From NCBI GenBank assembly GCA_044223005.1, contig JBGAML010000011.1, positions 41,169-105,168 on the forward strand: a stretch of 64,000 bases of DNA, given 5' to 3'. This stretch comes from Candidatus Eiseniibacteriota bacterium. GTDB taxonomy: Bacteria > Eisenbacteria > RBG-16-71-46. The translations under genes were made by a program, and so were the position numbers. Below the pieces are notes generated by a model. That model was not told the DNA's origin, did not search any database, and saw nothing but the letters and a program-made list of their open reading frames with translations. Each line of letters begins with the position of its first letter. The stretch's first letter is position 1. Of this stretch, positions 9,961 through 20,865 are shown piece by piece.

Positions 9961-11366
9961 GCGCCAACCCGCCGGCGATCACGCTGGTCCAGCTCGCCCA
10001 GTGGGCGAACGGCGATCTCGTCGTGACGCGCATGCCCGAGGGCGCCGCGGCGCGCGAGGCGTTCCTCGCGAGCGGCGTCACGGGCGCCTCGATCGACACG
10101 CGCACGGTGGCGCCGGGCATGCTGTTCGCGCCGCTCCCGGGCAGCCGCGCCGACGGTCACGCGTTCCTCGACGAGGCGTTCGCGCGCGGCGCCGCCGCGG
10201 CCTTCTGCGATCGCGCGGTGCATCCGCGCATCGCGCACCTCGATCTGGGGCCGCTCGTCGTCGTGGACGACGTCACGGCGGCGCTGCAGCGCGTCGCGAA
10301 GCGCTATCGCGAGGCGTGGCCGGGCCTGCTGGTGGGACTGACCGGCAGCGCCGGCAAGACCACCACCAAGGAACTCGTCGCCACCGCGCTCGCCACCGAA
10401 GCGCCGGTCCTGCGCACGCAGGGCAACCTGAACAACCATTGGGGCGTGCCGCTCACGCTGCTCGCGCTGCGGCGCGAGCACCAGGCGGCGGTCGTCGAGA
10501 TGGGCATGAACCACGCGGGCGAGATCGCCGCGCTGGCCGAGATCGCGCAGCCGACCGCCGCGGTCGTGACCAACGCCGGCGTCGCGCACCTCGAGCACCT
10601 CGGCTCGCTCGAGGCGATCGCGGCCGAGAAGGCCTCGCTCGTGCACGCGCTGCGCCCGAACCAGCCGGCGTTCGTCGGCGCCGATTCGCCGCGCCTCGTG
10701 GCCGCGACGCGGGGCGCGAAGGCCGCGATCACCACCTACGGCTTCGAGCCGGGCGCCGACGTGCGGCCCGCGCGCTGGGAGGACTTGGGGCCCGAGGGCT
10801 CGCGGCTCGAAGTGGCGGGCTTCCCGCCGCTGCACCTCAAGCTCGTCGGCCGCCACCAGGCGGCCAACGCGCTCGCGGCGCTGGCCGTGGCCCGGCACTG
10901 GAAGCTCGATCCCGAGAAGGTGGTCGCGGCGCTCGCCGCGCACGCCCCGCTGCCGGGGCGCATGGAAGTGCTGCGTGCGGGCGGCGCGGTGATCCTCAAG
11001 GACTGCTACAACGCCAACCCGGATTCGACGGCGGCGGCGCTGGAGACGCTCGCCGGCTGGCCCGGCGCCGGGCGCCGGATCGCCATCCTGGGCGACATGC
11101 TGGAACTGGGCGCCACGGCGGCGGCATTGCACCGCGAGACGGGGGAGAAGGTCCGGGAGGCGGAGTTGTGGACAGTGGGCGACCATGCGAGCGACTATGC
11201 CGCGGGTGCGCGCCGGGCCCGGGTGGAGGCGCGCGTGTTCGCCGACAAGCCTGCCGTCGCGGCCGCGCTGCGCGAGGCGCTGGCGCCGGGGGTGGTCGTG
11301 CTGGTCAAGGGTTCGCGGGGCGCCGCACTCGAACAGGTGCTCGCAGGGTTGCCGGGGGAGGGCTGA
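9957..11366 (+). CDS. murF: UDP-MurNAc-pentapeptide ligase MurF
   Basis: TGSAGKTTTKE, NLNNHWGVPLTL, EMGMNHAGEI, DCYNANPDS, LGDMLELG, KGSRG. Confidence 0.96.
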   Translation: MSANPPAITLVQLAQWANGDLVVTRMPEGAAAREAFLASGVTGASIDTRTVAPGMLFAPLPGSRADGHAFLDEAFARGAAAAFCDRAVHPRIAHLDLGPLVVVDDVTAALQRVAKRYREAWPGLLVGLTGSAGKTTTKELVATALATEAPVLRTQGNLNNHWGVPLTLLALRREHQAAVVEMGMNHAGEIAALAEIAQPTAAVVTNAGVAHLEHLGSLEAIAAEKASLVHALRPNQPAFVGADSPRLVAATRGAKAAITTYGFEPGADVRPARWEDLGPEGSRLEVAGFPPLHLKLVGRHQAANALAALAVARHWKLDPEKVVAALAAHAPLPGRMEVLRAGGAVILKDCYNANPDSTAAALETLAGWPGAGRRIAILGDMLELGATAAALHRETGEKVREAELWTVGDHASDYAAGARRARVEARVFADKPAVAAALREALAPGVVVLVKGSRGAALEQVLAGLPGEG

Positions 11367-11367
11367 C

Positions 11368-12459
11368 GTGTTCTACGAGTGGATCTACCCGCTGCACAAG
11401 CTCGCCGGCCTCTCGGCCCTGAACGTCTTCCGCTACATCACGTTCCGATCCGCCTACGCGGCCGTGACCGCGCTGCTCATCAGCCTGCTGCTCGGGCCGC
11501 GCATGATCGAGTGGCTGCGCGCGGTCAAGCTCGGGCAGAAGGTGCGCCAGGACGGGCCGCAGTCGCACTACGGCAAGGCGGGCACGCCGACCATGGGCGG
11601 GTTGCTGATCCTCGCGGCGATCGTGGTGCCGTGCCTGCTCTGGGGCAACTTCCACTCGCGCCAGATGTGGCTCGCGCTCGGCGGCACGGTGTGGCTCGGC
11701 GGGCTCGGGTTCCTCGACGACTGGCTGCGCGTGGTGAAGAACCTGCCCAAGGGCCTGCTCGGCCGCTACAAGCTCGTCGGCCAGGTGATCGCCGGGCTCG
11801 CGGTCGGGCTCGCGATCGTGCTCTGGCCCGAGCCGGGCCTCTCGCCGACGGTGACGCACGTGCCGTTCCTCAAGTTCCGCTACATCGATTTCGGGCTGCT
11901 GTTCGTGCCCTTCGTGGTGTTCGTGGTCACCGGCGCATCCAACGCGGTGAACCTCACCGACGGCCTCGACGGCCTCGCCTCGGGACTCGTGGCGATCGCC
12001 GCCCTCGCGTTCGCGGGCATCTGCTACCTGAGCGGCCACGCGCGCTTCTCGGCCTACCTGAACCTCGACTTCCTGCCGTACACGGGCGAACTCACGGTCT
12101 TCTGCGCCGCGGTGCTCGGCGCCTCGCTCGGCTTCCTCTGGTACAACTGCCACCCCGCGAACGTGTTCATGGGCGACACCGGTTCGCTGTCGCTGGGCGG
12201 CGCGCTCGGCATCGTCTCCGTGCTCATCAAGCGCGAGTTCTGGCTCGTGCTCGTGGGCGGCGTGTTCGTCGCCGAGGCGCTGTCGGTGATGATCCAGGTC
12301 GCCTCGTTCAAGCTCACCGGCCGGCGGGTCTTCCGCATGGCCCCGCTCCATCACCATTTCGAGCTCATGGGCTGGGCCGAGTCGCGCGTGGTGCTGCGCT
12401 TCTACATCGCGGCCGCGCTGCTCGCCCTGCTCTCGCTCTCGACCTTCAAGCTGCAATGA
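11368..12459 (+). CDS. mraY: Phospho-MurNAc-pentapeptide transferase MraY
   Basis: YITFRS, KAGTPTMGG, NAVNLTDGLDGL, FMGDTGSL, MAPLHHHFEL. Confidence 0.97.
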   Translation: MFYEWIYPLHKLAGLSALNVFRYITFRSAYAAVTALLISLLLGPRMIEWLRAVKLGQKVRQDGPQSHYGKAGTPTMGGLLILAAIVVPCLLWGNFHSRQMWLALGGTVWLGGLGFLDDWLRVVKNLPKGLLGRYKLVGQVIAGLAVGLAIVLWPEPGLSPTVTHVPFLKFRYIDFGLLFVPFVVFVVTGASNAVNLTDGLDGLASGLVAIAALAFAGICYLSGHARFSAYLNLDFLPYTGELTVFCAAVLGASLGFLWYNCHPANVFMGDTGSLSLGGALGIVSVLIKREFWLVLVGGVFVAEALSVMIQVASFKLTGRRVFRMAPLHHHFELMGWAESRVVLRFYIAAALLALLSLSTFKLQ

Positions 12460-13829
12460 CCTTCGACCTGCACCACGGCATTCCCGGCCGCCGCCCGCTC
12501 GTCGCGGGCGCGGCCCGCAGCGGCCTCGCGGCCGCCCGGCTGCTCGCGAAGCACGGCGCCGACGTGCGCCTCTGCGACCGCCGCTCCGAGGCCGAACTCG
12601 GCGAGGTCGCGCGCGCACTCGCCGCGGACGGCATCGCGGGCGACTGGGGCCGCGACGATCCCGGCCTGCTCGACGGTCGCGACCTGCTCGTCTGGAGCCC
12701 CGGCTTCCCGTTCGAGCACCCGCTCGCCGCGGGCGCGCGCGAGCGCGGCATTCCGGTGATCGGCGAACTCGAACTGGGCTTCCTCGCGGCGAAGGCGCCG
12801 CTCCTCTGCATCACCGGCACCAACGGCAAGAGCACGACCACCGACCTGACCGGCGCGCTGCTGCGCGCGGCGGGGCGCGAGGTCGAGGTCTGCGGCAACA
12901 TCGGCCGCGCGATCTGCGAGGTCGCCGAGCACGTGAGCGCTTCGGGCCTGCTGGTCGTGGAGGTGTCGTCGTTCCAGCTCGAGACCGTGCGGACGCTGAA
13001 GCCCTTCGTCGCGACGTGGCTCAACCTGACGCCCGACCACGGCGACCGCCACGGCACGTTCGAGGTCTACGGCGGCGCCAAGCAGCGGCTGTTCGAGCGC
13101 CAGGAGGAAACCGACTGGGCGGTGCTGAACGCCGACGATCCCGAGGTCGTCGCGCGCCGCACCGGCGCCGCGGGCCTGCTCGAGTTCTCGGTGCGCGGCG
13201 CGGTCGAGGAGGGCGCGTTCCTCGAGGCCGGCGAGTTGGTGATGGCGTGGCGCGGCGGCACCGAGCGGCTCATGCCGCGGCGCGACGTGCGCCTGCCGGG
13301 GCCGCACAACACCGCCAACGCGCTCGCCGCGCTCGCCACGGTGCTGCCGCTCGAACCCGCGCCGGAGACGCTGCGCGAAGTCCTGCGTACCTACGGCGGG
13401 CTCGAGCACCGGCTCGAACCGGTGGGCGAAGTGGGCGGCGTCCGGTTCGTGAACGACTCCAAGGCCACCAACGTCGGCTCCATGGAGGTCGCCCTCCAGA
13501 GCTACGACCAGAAGGTCGTCCTGATCGCCGGCGGTCGCGACAAGGGACAGGACTTCTCGCCCCTGGCCGGCCGGGTTCGCGAGGCGGTCAAGCACCTGGT
13601 GCTGATCGGCGAGGGGGCGCCGGCGATGGAGCGCGCCTGGACCGGCGTGCCGGCCGAACGCGCGACCACGCTGGCCGACGCGGTCGCGGCCGCCTGGCGT
13701 GCGGCCGGTCCCGGGGGCATCGTATTGCTCTCGCCAGGCTGCTCGTCCTTCGATATGTTCCGGGACTACGAAGACCGTGGGCGGCGCTTCAAGGACGAAG
13801 TCCGCCGGCTCTCGCAGGGAGGCGTGTAG
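12456..13829 (+). CDS. murD: UDP-MurNAc-L-Ala-D-Glu ligase MurD
   Basis: ITGTNGKSTT, GNIG, EVSSFQL, NDSKATN, LLSPGCSSFDMF. Confidence 0.96.
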   Translation: MTFDLHHGIPGRRPLVAGAARSGLAAARLLAKHGADVRLCDRRSEAELGEVARALAADGIAGDWGRDDPGLLDGRDLLVWSPGFPFEHPLAAGARERGIPVIGELELGFLAAKAPLLCITGTNGKSTTTDLTGALLRAAGREVEVCGNIGRAICEVAEHVSASGLLVVEVSSFQLETVRTLKPFVATWLNLTPDHGDRHGTFEVYGGAKQRLFERQEETDWAVLNADDPEVVARRTGAAGLLEFSVRGAVEEGAFLEAGELVMAWRGGTERLMPRRDVRLPGPHNTANALAALATVLPLEPAPETLREVLRTYGGLEHRLEPVGEVGGVRFVNDSKATNVGSMEVALQSYDQKVVLIAGGRDKGQDFSPLAGRVREAVKHLVLIGEGAPAMERAWTGVPAERATTLADAVAAAWRAAGPGGIVLLSPGCSSFDMFRDYEDRGRRFKDEVRRLSQGGV

Positions 13830-13835
13830 GGTCTG

Positions 13836-14972
13836 ATGCGTGGGGATCGCTGGCTGCTGGTACTGGCTCTCGCCCTGACGGCGGTGGGGCTGGTCATGGT
13901 GTACTCGTCCGGGTCGTTCTACGCCTTCGTGCACTACCACGACGAGAACTACTTCCTGCGCCAGCAGCTGGTTCGCACCGCCCTCGGCGTCCTGGTCCTC
14001 CTCGCCTGCGCGCGCTGGGTCAACCTGCGCCGCCTCGAGTCCGCCGCGCCCGCGCTGCTCGCCGGCGCCTGCGTGCTGCTCGTCGTGGTCGTGGTGATGG
14101 GGCACATGTCCAAGGGGGCGACCCGCTGGTTGCGCGTCGGGTTCATGTCGCTCCAGCCGACCGACCTCGCGCGTGTCGCCGCGGTGGCGTTCCTCGCGTG
14201 GTGGCTCAAGCGCCGCCCGGTCGCCGAGAACGGCTTCTGGCGCGGGCTCGTGCCGCCGCTCGCGTTCACGGGCTTCGTCGCCGCACTGATCCTCAAGCAG
14301 CCCAACCTCAGCTCGGCCGGGCTGCTGCTGCTCACCGGCTTCACCATGCTGTTCCTCTCCGGCGCCCCGATGCGCTACCTGCTCGCGCCGGTGGGCGCGG
14401 GAGCCGGATTCGTCGCCTTCGCACTCGCCACCCATCCCTACCAGATGGGGCGCGTGAAGACGTTCCTCCAGTTCCTCTTCGGCGCGCCCATGGACGCGCA
14501 CGACGCGGGCTGGCAGCTCAACCAGTCGCTGATCGCCATCGGTTCCGGTGGCGTGTTCGGCCGCGGGCTGGGCGCGGGCATGCAGAAGCTGCTCTTCCTG
14601 CCCGAAGCGCACACGGACTTCATCTTTTCCATCATCGGAGAGGAACTGGGCCTGATCGGTGCGACCGCGTTGCTGGCCGTGCTGGGCCTCTTCCTCTGGC
14701 GGGGCATGCGCGTCGCGGCGCGCTGCTCCGAACCCTTCGCCGCCTTGCTGGCGGGAGGACTCACCGTGCAGATCGGTCTCTACGCCCTGGCCAACCTGGC
14801 CGTGGCCACCGGGCTCGCGCCCACCACGGGATTGCCGCTGCCGTTCGTGTCGTACGGCGGTTCGGCGCTGCTCGTGAACCTGGCCGCGGTCGGCGTGCTC
14901 TACCGCATCAGTGCCCTGAACGGCGAAACCGAAGCGCTGGCCCGCCAGCGCTGGGCGCGGGGGACGGCATGA
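13836..14972 (+). CDS. ftsW: SEDS peptidoglycan polymerase FtsW
   Basis: GATRW, SLQP, QSLIAIGSGG, LPEAHTDFIF...EELG, LPFVSYGGS. Confidence 0.96.
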   Translation: MRGDRWLLVLALALTAVGLVMVYSSGSFYAFVHYHDENYFLRQQLVRTALGVLVLLACARWVNLRRLESAAPALLAGACVLLVVVVVMGHMSKGATRWLRVGFMSLQPTDLARVAAVAFLAWWLKRRPVAENGFWRGLVPPLAFTGFVAALILKQPNLSSAGLLLLTGFTMLFLSGAPMRYLLAPVGAGAGFVAFALATHPYQMGRVKTFLQFLFGAPMDAHDAGWQLNQSLIAIGSGGVFGRGLGAGMQKLLFLPEAHTDFIFSIIGEELGLIGATALLAVLGLFLWRGMRVAARCSEPFAALLAGGLTVQIGLYALANLAVATGLAPTTGLPLPFVSYGGSALLVNLAAVGVLYRISALNGETEALARQRWARGTA

Positions 14973-16105
14973 AGATCCTCGTGGCCGGCGGCGGCACGGG
15001 TGGGCACGTGTTCCCCGGCATCGCGGTCGCCGAGGAACTCAAGCGCACCCGGCCCGACATCGACGTGGTGTTCGTGGGCACGAAGCGCGGACTCGAGGCG
15101 CAGGCGGTGCCCGAGGCGGGCTTCAAGATCCACTTCCTCGCGGGCGCGGGCTTCTCGCGCACGCGCTGGTGGACGTGGCCGTGGGCCGCGTTCCTGAACG
15201 TGCTGGGGTTCCTGCAGGCGGTGTTCCTCGTGCTCGGCGAGAACCCCAAGGCCGTGCTCGGCACCGGCGGCTACGCGAGCGCGCCCATGGCGTACGCGGC
15301 CCGGCTCTTCGGCCGGCCGCTGATCCTGCAGGAGCAGAACAGCGTTCCCGGGCTCGCCAATCGCATGCTGTCGCGCATCGCGAGCGAGGTGCACCTGTCG
15401 TTCCTCGAGGCGCGCACGTACTTCCCGCGCCGCGACCACCTCAAGGTCACGGGCAACCCGATTCGCGCGCACATCCTGACCGGCGACAAGGCGGCGGCGC
15501 TGCGCGAGTTCAAGATGGAAGCCGGCCGCCCGACGCTGCTCGTCTTCGGCGGCAGCCTCGGCGCTGCGACCATCAACGAGGCCGCGCTCGACATGCTGCG
15601 CCGGCTCAAGGATCGCCTCGGGCTCCAGTGCCTGCTCGTCACCGGGCGCCAGGAGCACGCGAAGATCAAGCAGGTGGTCGAGCAGGAGAAGTTGCCCGCG
15701 GTGGTGCTGCCGTTCGTGCGCAAGATGCACATGGCCTACGCGGTCGCCGACCTCGTGGTCTGCCGCGCCGGCGCGATGACGCTCGCCGAGATCGCCGTCT
15801 GCGGGCTGCCCTCGGTGCTCGTGCCGTATCCGTACGCGGCGCACAACCACCAGCAGGACAACGCCGCCAACCTCGTCGACCGCGGCGCCGCGGTGCTGAT
15901 CCCCGACGGCGAGCTGAACGGCGAGCGGCTGGCGAAGGAAGTCGCGCACCTGCTCTCCGACCGCCAGGCGCTTTCGCGCATGTCCTCCAACGCGCGGCTC
16001 TTCGCGCGTCCCGACGCGGCGGCGCGCCTCGCGCGCTCGCTCGTCAGCTGGGCCGAGGGGCGCCAGGGCGCGTCCGAGGACGCCGGCGAGGGGGGAGGGC
16101 GCTGA
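14969..16105 (+). CDS. murG: Lipid II GlcNAc transferase MurG
   Basis: AGGGTGGHVFP, GTGGY, EQNSVPGLAN, GNPIR, GGSLGA, RAGAMT, HQQDNA. Confidence 0.97.
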   Translation: MKILVAGGGTGGHVFPGIAVAEELKRTRPDIDVVFVGTKRGLEAQAVPEAGFKIHFLAGAGFSRTRWWTWPWAAFLNVLGFLQAVFLVLGENPKAVLGTGGYASAPMAYAARLFGRPLILQEQNSVPGLANRMLSRIASEVHLSFLEARTYFPRRDHLKVTGNPIRAHILTGDKAAALREFKMEAGRPTLLVFGGSLGAATINEAALDMLRRLKDRLGLQCLLVTGRQEHAKIKQVVEQEKLPAVVLPFVRKMHMAYAVADLVVCRAGAMTLAEIAVCGLPSVLVPYPYAAHNHQQDNAANLVDRGAAVLIPDGELNGERLAKEVAHLLSDRQALSRMSSNARLFARPDAAARLARSLVSWAEGRQGASEDAGEGGGR

Positions 16106-16106
16106 C

Positions 16107-17504
16107 GTGTACGGGCACACCCACCGGATCCACTTCATCGGCATCGGCGGCAGCGGCATGTCCGGGCTCGCCGAGGTGCTGCTCAACATGGGCTACCAGG
16201 TCACCGGCAGCGACCTCAAGGCGTCCGACGTCACCGAGCGGCTGATCCAGCTGGGCGGCCGCGTCTTCACCGGGCACTCCGCGCCCAACGTGGAGGGCGC
16301 GCAGGTGGTCGTCTACTCGTCGGCCGTGCGGCCCGACAATCCCGAGCTCACCGCGGCGCGCGAGAGCGGCGTGCCGGTGATCGCGCGCGCGGACATGCTC
16401 GCCGAGCTGATGCGCATGAAGTACGGCGTGGCGGTCGGCGGCTCGCACGGCAAGACGACGACCACGTCCATGGTCGCGGCGGTGCTGAGCCGCGGCGGGC
16501 TCGACCCGACGATCGTGGTCGGGGGGCGGCTGCGGGCGCTGGGCGCCAACGCCAAGCTCGGGCACGGGCGGTTCCTCGTGGCCGAGGCGGACGAGAGCGA
16601 CGGGTCGTTCCTGCGCCTGGCGCCGGCCGTGACGGTGATCACGAACATCGACCGCGAGCACCTGGACCACTACGCCGACCTGCGCGAGGTGAAGCAGGCC
16701 TTCGTCTACTTCGCGAACCGTGTGCCGTTCTACGGCGTCACGGTGCTGTGCGTGGACGACGAGCACGTGCGGACGATCCTGCCGCTCGTCACCAAGCGCA
16801 CGCTCACGTACGGCACACGCGACGAGGCCGAGGTACGCGCCGAGGCGATCGAGCTGCTGCCGCACGGCAGCCGCTTCAACGTCCGCGCCGACGGGCGCTC
16901 GCTCGGGACCATCACGCTGCAGGTGCCGGGTCACCACAACGTCCTCAACGCGCTGGCTGCGGTCGCGGTCGGGCTCGAGCTCGAAGTCGGCTTCGGCCAC
17001 ATCGCCGAGGCGATGACCGAGTTCCGCGGCGTCGGCCGCCGGTTCGAGACGCGCGCCGAGGTGAACGGCGTGCGCGTGATCGACGACTACGGCCACCACC
17101 CGACCGAGATCGCCGCCACCCTCGCCGCCGCGAAGCAGCTCGGCGGCCGCGTGCTCGTGATCTTCCAGCCGCACCGCTACTCGCGCACGGCCGCGCTCCG
17201 CGAGGAGTTCGGTCGCTGCTTCGGCGACGCCGACCACGTCTGGGTGATGGACGTCTACGCCGCGGGCGAGACGCCGATCGAGGGCATCTCCGGCCGCACG
17301 GTCGTCGACGCCGCGCGCGCCCATGGCGCGGGCCACGTCGCCTTCACGCCGAGCGCGGCCGAAGCGGCGGCGGCGGCCGTATCGGCGGCGCGCCCGGGGG
17401 ACACGCTCCTCACGCTCGGCGCCGGCGACGTCAGCAAGCTGGCCGACGACCTCGTGCGCCGTCTCGGCGCGGCGCCGGCGGTGGCCGGAGGGCCGGGGGC
17501 GTGA
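16107..17504 (+). CDS. murC: UDP-MurNAc-L-alanine ligase MurC
   Basis: HFIGIGGSGMS, HGKTTTT, EADESDGSF, DDYGHHPTE, FQPHRYSRT. Confidence 0.97.
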   Translation: MYGHTHRIHFIGIGGSGMSGLAEVLLNMGYQVTGSDLKASDVTERLIQLGGRVFTGHSAPNVEGAQVVVYSSAVRPDNPELTAARESGVPVIARADMLAELMRMKYGVAVGGSHGKTTTTSMVAAVLSRGGLDPTIVVGGRLRALGANAKLGHGRFLVAEADESDGSFLRLAPAVTVITNIDREHLDHYADLREVKQAFVYFANRVPFYGVTVLCVDDEHVRTILPLVTKRTLTYGTRDEAEVRAEAIELLPHGSRFNVRADGRSLGTITLQVPGHHNVLNALAAVAVGLELEVGFGHIAEAMTEFRGVGRRFETRAEVNGVRVIDDYGHHPTEIAATLAAAKQLGGRVLVIFQPHRYSRTAALREEFGRCFGDADHVWVMDVYAAGETPIEGISGRTVVDAARAHGAGHVAFTPSAAEAAAAAVSAARPGDTLLTLGAGDVSKLADDLVRRLGAAPAVAGGPGA

Positions 17505-18355
17505 GCCACTACCAGGGCCGGGCGCTCGCGCGCGGCGGCACGCCGCGCGTGCGCGGCGGAGGCGGCGCGGGCGCCGGCGGCGACGGCCGGCTCCTGCGCC
17601 GGGCCGGGCTCGTGCTCGGGGCGCTGCTCGCGATCGGCCTCGTGGCCATGCTGCCATGGCGAGAGCTGCGCAAGCGCTACGCCATCCTCACCGACGTGCG
17701 CGTCTCGGGACTGCGCTACCTCGACGCCGACCGGGTCCGGCACGACGCCGCGCTCGCGGAAGGTCAGGACCTGCTCGGCATCGACCTCGCGCGAGTCCGC
17801 CAGCGCGTCCTCATGGATCCTCGCATCGAGCGGGCCGAGGTGCACCGCCGCGGCCTGCGCGGCCTCGACCTGCACATCGTCGAGCGCGTGCCCGCGCTCG
17901 CGGTCGCGCACGGCGAGCCGTGGGAGATCGACACCTCCGGCGTGTTGCTGGAACCGCTGCAGGCGGGCGTCGTCGCCGACGTGCCCATGCTCACCGGCGT
18001 CGACCTCTCGGCCTGCCGCCCGGGCGCGCAATTGCGGACGCCGCCGGTGCAGAGAGGACTCGCATGGGCGGCCGTTTTGGGCGACAATGCGCTCCGGCTC
18101 GCGGGCCAGGTCTCGGAGGTGGACGTCGCGCAAGAGCGCACCACCCGGCTCGTGCTGATGAACGGCATCCGCGTGATCGGTCCGGCGTGGCCGGTGAGCA
18201 CGCGGCAGCTGTCGGGCCTGCGTGCCACGCTCGCCGACCTCGAGAAGAAGGGCATGAAGCCCTTCGAGGTCGACGTGCGTTTTCCGGACCAGATCATCGT
18301 GCGCGACGCGCAACCGGTGGCCGTGCTCACGGCGCCGGGAGCGAGCACGAGCTAG
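17501..18355 (+). CDS. ftsQ: Cell division protein FtsQ/DivIB
   Basis: TM helix, then POTRA-like VRVSGLRYL...P.I..AEV.R...L.IVERVP, and C-terminal VDVRFPDQIIV; directly precedes ftsA. Confidence 0.88.
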   Translation: MSHYQGRALARGGTPRVRGGGGAGAGGDGRLLRRAGLVLGALLAIGLVAMLPWRELRKRYAILTDVRVSGLRYLDADRVRHDAALAEGQDLLGIDLARVRQRVLMDPRIERAEVHRRGLRGLDLHIVERVPALAVAHGEPWEIDTSGVLLEPLQAGVVADVPMLTGVDLSACRPGAQLRTPPVQRGLAWAAVLGDNALRLAGQVSEVDVAQERTTRLVLMNGIRVIGPAWPVSTRQLSGLRATLADLEKKGMKPFEVDVRFPDQIIVRDAQPVAVLTAPGASTS

Positions 18356-18389
18356 CGAGCGGCCTCGACACCACGCGGGAGGGAACCCC

Positions 18390-19631
18390 ATGGCCCAGGC
18401 GACACGGACGTTCGTCGGACTCGACATCGGAACCACCAAGATCTGCTGCATCATCGCCGACCAGGGCCCGGCCGGTGAGGTGCGGGTGGTCGGTGTCGGC
18501 AACGCCCCGAGCGAGGGGCTCCGCCGCGGCGTCGTCGTGGACCTCGACAAGACCGTCGCCAGCATCACGCGCGCCGTCGAGGAAGCCGAGCGCATGGCCG
18601 GCATCGAAGTGAAGGGCGTCTACGCGGGCATCGCGGGCGACCACATCCGCAGCATCAACTCGCGCGGCGTGATCGCGGTGGCGCGCAAGAACAACGAGAT
18701 CGCGGACGCCGACGTCGAGCGCGTGGTCGAGGCGGCCAAGGCGATCGCGATCCCGATGGACCGCGAGATCATCCACGTGATCCCGCAGGAGTTCATCGTC
18801 GACGACCAGGACGGCATCAAGGACCCGGTCGGCATGAGCGGTGTCCGGCTCGAGGCCGAGGTCCACATCATCACCGGTGCGGTGACGAGCGCGAAGAACA
18901 TCTGCCGCGCGATCCAGCGCGCCGAGCTCAAGGTCTTCGACCTCGTGCTCGAGCCGCTCGCCTCCGCGACGGCCGTGCTCGACGACGACGAACGCGACCT
19001 GGGCGTGGTGCTGCTCGACCTGGGCGGCGGCACGACGGACGTGGCGATCTACCACGAGGGTTCGATTCGCCACACCGCGATCATCCCGTTCGGCGGCGCC
19101 AACGTGACGAGCGACATCGCCATCGGCCTGCGCACCCCGATCGACAAGGCCGAGGCGATCAAGATCCAGTTCGGCTCCGCGCTCGCCTCGCGCGTCGGCG
19201 CCGACGAGACGCTGGGCGTCTCGGGCGTGGGCGGCCGCGCGGACCGCGAGATCTCGCGCCACGTGCTCGCCTCCATGATCGAGCCGCGGCTCGAGGAGAT
19301 CTTCGCGCTCGCCAACAAGGAAGTCCGCAAGAACCACTTCGCCGAGCTGCTGGGTGGCGGCGTGGTGCTGACCGGCGGCACGTCGCTCATGCCGGGGATC
19401 GTGGAACTGGCCGAGCAGGTGTTCGAGATGCCGGTGCGGCTCGGCGTGCCGCGCGGCCTCGGCGGTCTCGGCGCCAGCGTCGCCGATCCGCGCTTCTCGA
19501 CCGGCGTCGGCCTCGTGCTGCAGGCGGCCCGCCCCGAGGGCGGGCAAGGCTCGTTCGCGGAGAACGGCAAGGCGGCGCCCGGTGCGCGGCCACGGTTCGA
19601 TCTCTGGAACTGGTTCGCGAGCCGTTTCTAG
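18390..19631 (+). CDS. ftsA: Cell division protein FtsA
   Basis: GLDIGTTKI, LEPLASA, DLGGGTTD, VVLTGG, C-terminal amphipathic WNWFASRF. Confidence 0.97.
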   Translation: MAQATRTFVGLDIGTTKICCIIADQGPAGEVRVVGVGNAPSEGLRRGVVVDLDKTVASITRAVEEAERMAGIEVKGVYAGIAGDHIRSINSRGVIAVARKNNEIADADVERVVEAAKAIAIPMDREIIHVIPQEFIVDDQDGIKDPVGMSGVRLEAEVHIITGAVTSAKNICRAIQRAELKVFDLVLEPLASATAVLDDDERDLGVVLLDLGGGTTDVAIYHEGSIRHTAIIPFGGANVTSDIAIGLRTPIDKAEAIKIQFGSALASRVGADETLGVSGVGGRADREISRHVLASMIEPRLEEIFALANKEVRKNHFAELLGGGVVLTGGTSLMPGIVELAEQVFEMPVRLGVPRGLGGLGASVADPRFSTGVGLVLQAARPEGGQGSFAENGKAAPGARPRFDLWNWFASRF

Positions 19632-19711
19632 TGTAGAAGTACCCGCATCGGTAACCCGCCGGGGTCGAGCGGCCAGGATGGCCGCGGAAAGCCGGCACAA
19701 GGAGAGTGCCC

Positions 19712-20860
19712 ATGTCCATGTTCGAGCTCGAGATCGATCGTACGGCTCCGGCGCGGCTGAAGGTCATCGGTGTCGGTGGTGCGGGTGGCAACGCCATCAA
19801 TCGCATGATCGGCGCCGGCCTGCGCGGCGTGGAGTTCATCGCCGCCAACACCGACCTCCAGGCCCTCGGCCAGTCCCTCGCGCCCACGCGCATCCAGATC
19901 GGCATCCAGTCGGCGCACGGTCTCGGCGCGGGGGGTGATCCCTCGCAGGGCCGCAAGTCGGCGGAGGAGGACGAGCAGGCGATCGCGGACGCCATCGGCG
20001 AGGCCGACATGGTGTTCGTCACGGCCGGCATGGGCGGCGGCACCGGCACGGGCGCCGCGCCCGTGATCGCGCGCCTCGCGCGCCAGGCCGGCGCGCTCAC
20101 CGTGGGCGTGGTCACCAAGCCGTTCGTGTTCGAGGGCCGGCGCCGCATGCGCCAGGCCGACGAGGGCCTCGAGGAGCTGCGCGCCGAGGTCGACACTCTG
20201 CTCGTGATCCCGAACGAGCGGCTGCTGTCGGTCGTCGAGCGCGGGACGCCGCTGTCGGAGGCGTTCGGCATCGCGGACGACGTGCTGCTCAAGGCCACCA
20301 AGGGCATCGCCGACCTGGTCACGATCCCCGGCCTCGTCAATGTCGACTTCGCCGACGTCAAGAGCATCATGGCCTCGCGCGGCAACGCGCTCATGGGCAC
20401 CGGCCGCGCAACGGGCGAGAACCGCGCCGTCGAAGCCGCCAACCGCGCCGTCTCGAGCCCGCTGCTCGAGGACGTGTCGATCCACGGCGCCGAGGGCGTG
20501 CTGCTCAACATCACCGGCGGCCGCGACTTGAGCCTGCACGAGGTCAACGAAGCGTCGCAGGTCGTGACGCAGGCCGCGGGCGAGGACGCCAACATCATCT
20601 TCGGTGCGGTGATCGATCCGTCGCTCGACGGCGAGGTCATGGTGACCGTCGTCGCGACCGGCTTCGGGCAGGCGGTGCCGAACCTGCGCGTCGTCGACCG
20701 CGAGCGTTCCGCGCGCAAGGCGGCGGTCAACGACGAGGACATGGGCAACCTGGAGGTGCCGGCGTGGCGCCGCCGCGAGCAGCGTCCCCAGTGGGGCCGC
20801 ACCGATTCGCGCGGCGAGTCGCTCGAGGTGCCGACGTTCCTCCGTCGCCAGATGGACTGA
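19712..20860 (+). CDS. ftsZ: Cell division protein FtsZ
   Basis: [32 protein letters not shown]-terminal [22 protein letters not shown]. Confidence 0.98.
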   Translation: MSMFELEIDRTAPARLKVIGVGGAGGNAINRMIGAGLRGVEFIAANTDLQALGQSLAPTRIQIGIQSAHGLGAGGDPSQGRKSAEEDEQAIADAIGEADMVFVTAGMGGGTGTGAAPVIARLARQAGALTVGVVTKPFVFEGRRRMRQADEGLEELRAEVDTLLVIPNERLLSVVERGTPLSEAFGIADDVLLKATKGIADLVTIPGLVNVDFADVKSIMASRGNALMGTGRATGENRAVEAANRAVSSPLLEDVSIHGAEGVLLNITGGRDLSLHEVNEASQVVTQAAGEDANIIFGAVIDPSLDGEVMVTVVATGFGQAVPNLRVVDRERSARKAAVNDEDMGNLEVPAWRRREQRPQWGRTDSRGESLEVPTFLRRQMD

Positions 20861-20865
20861 ACGAA

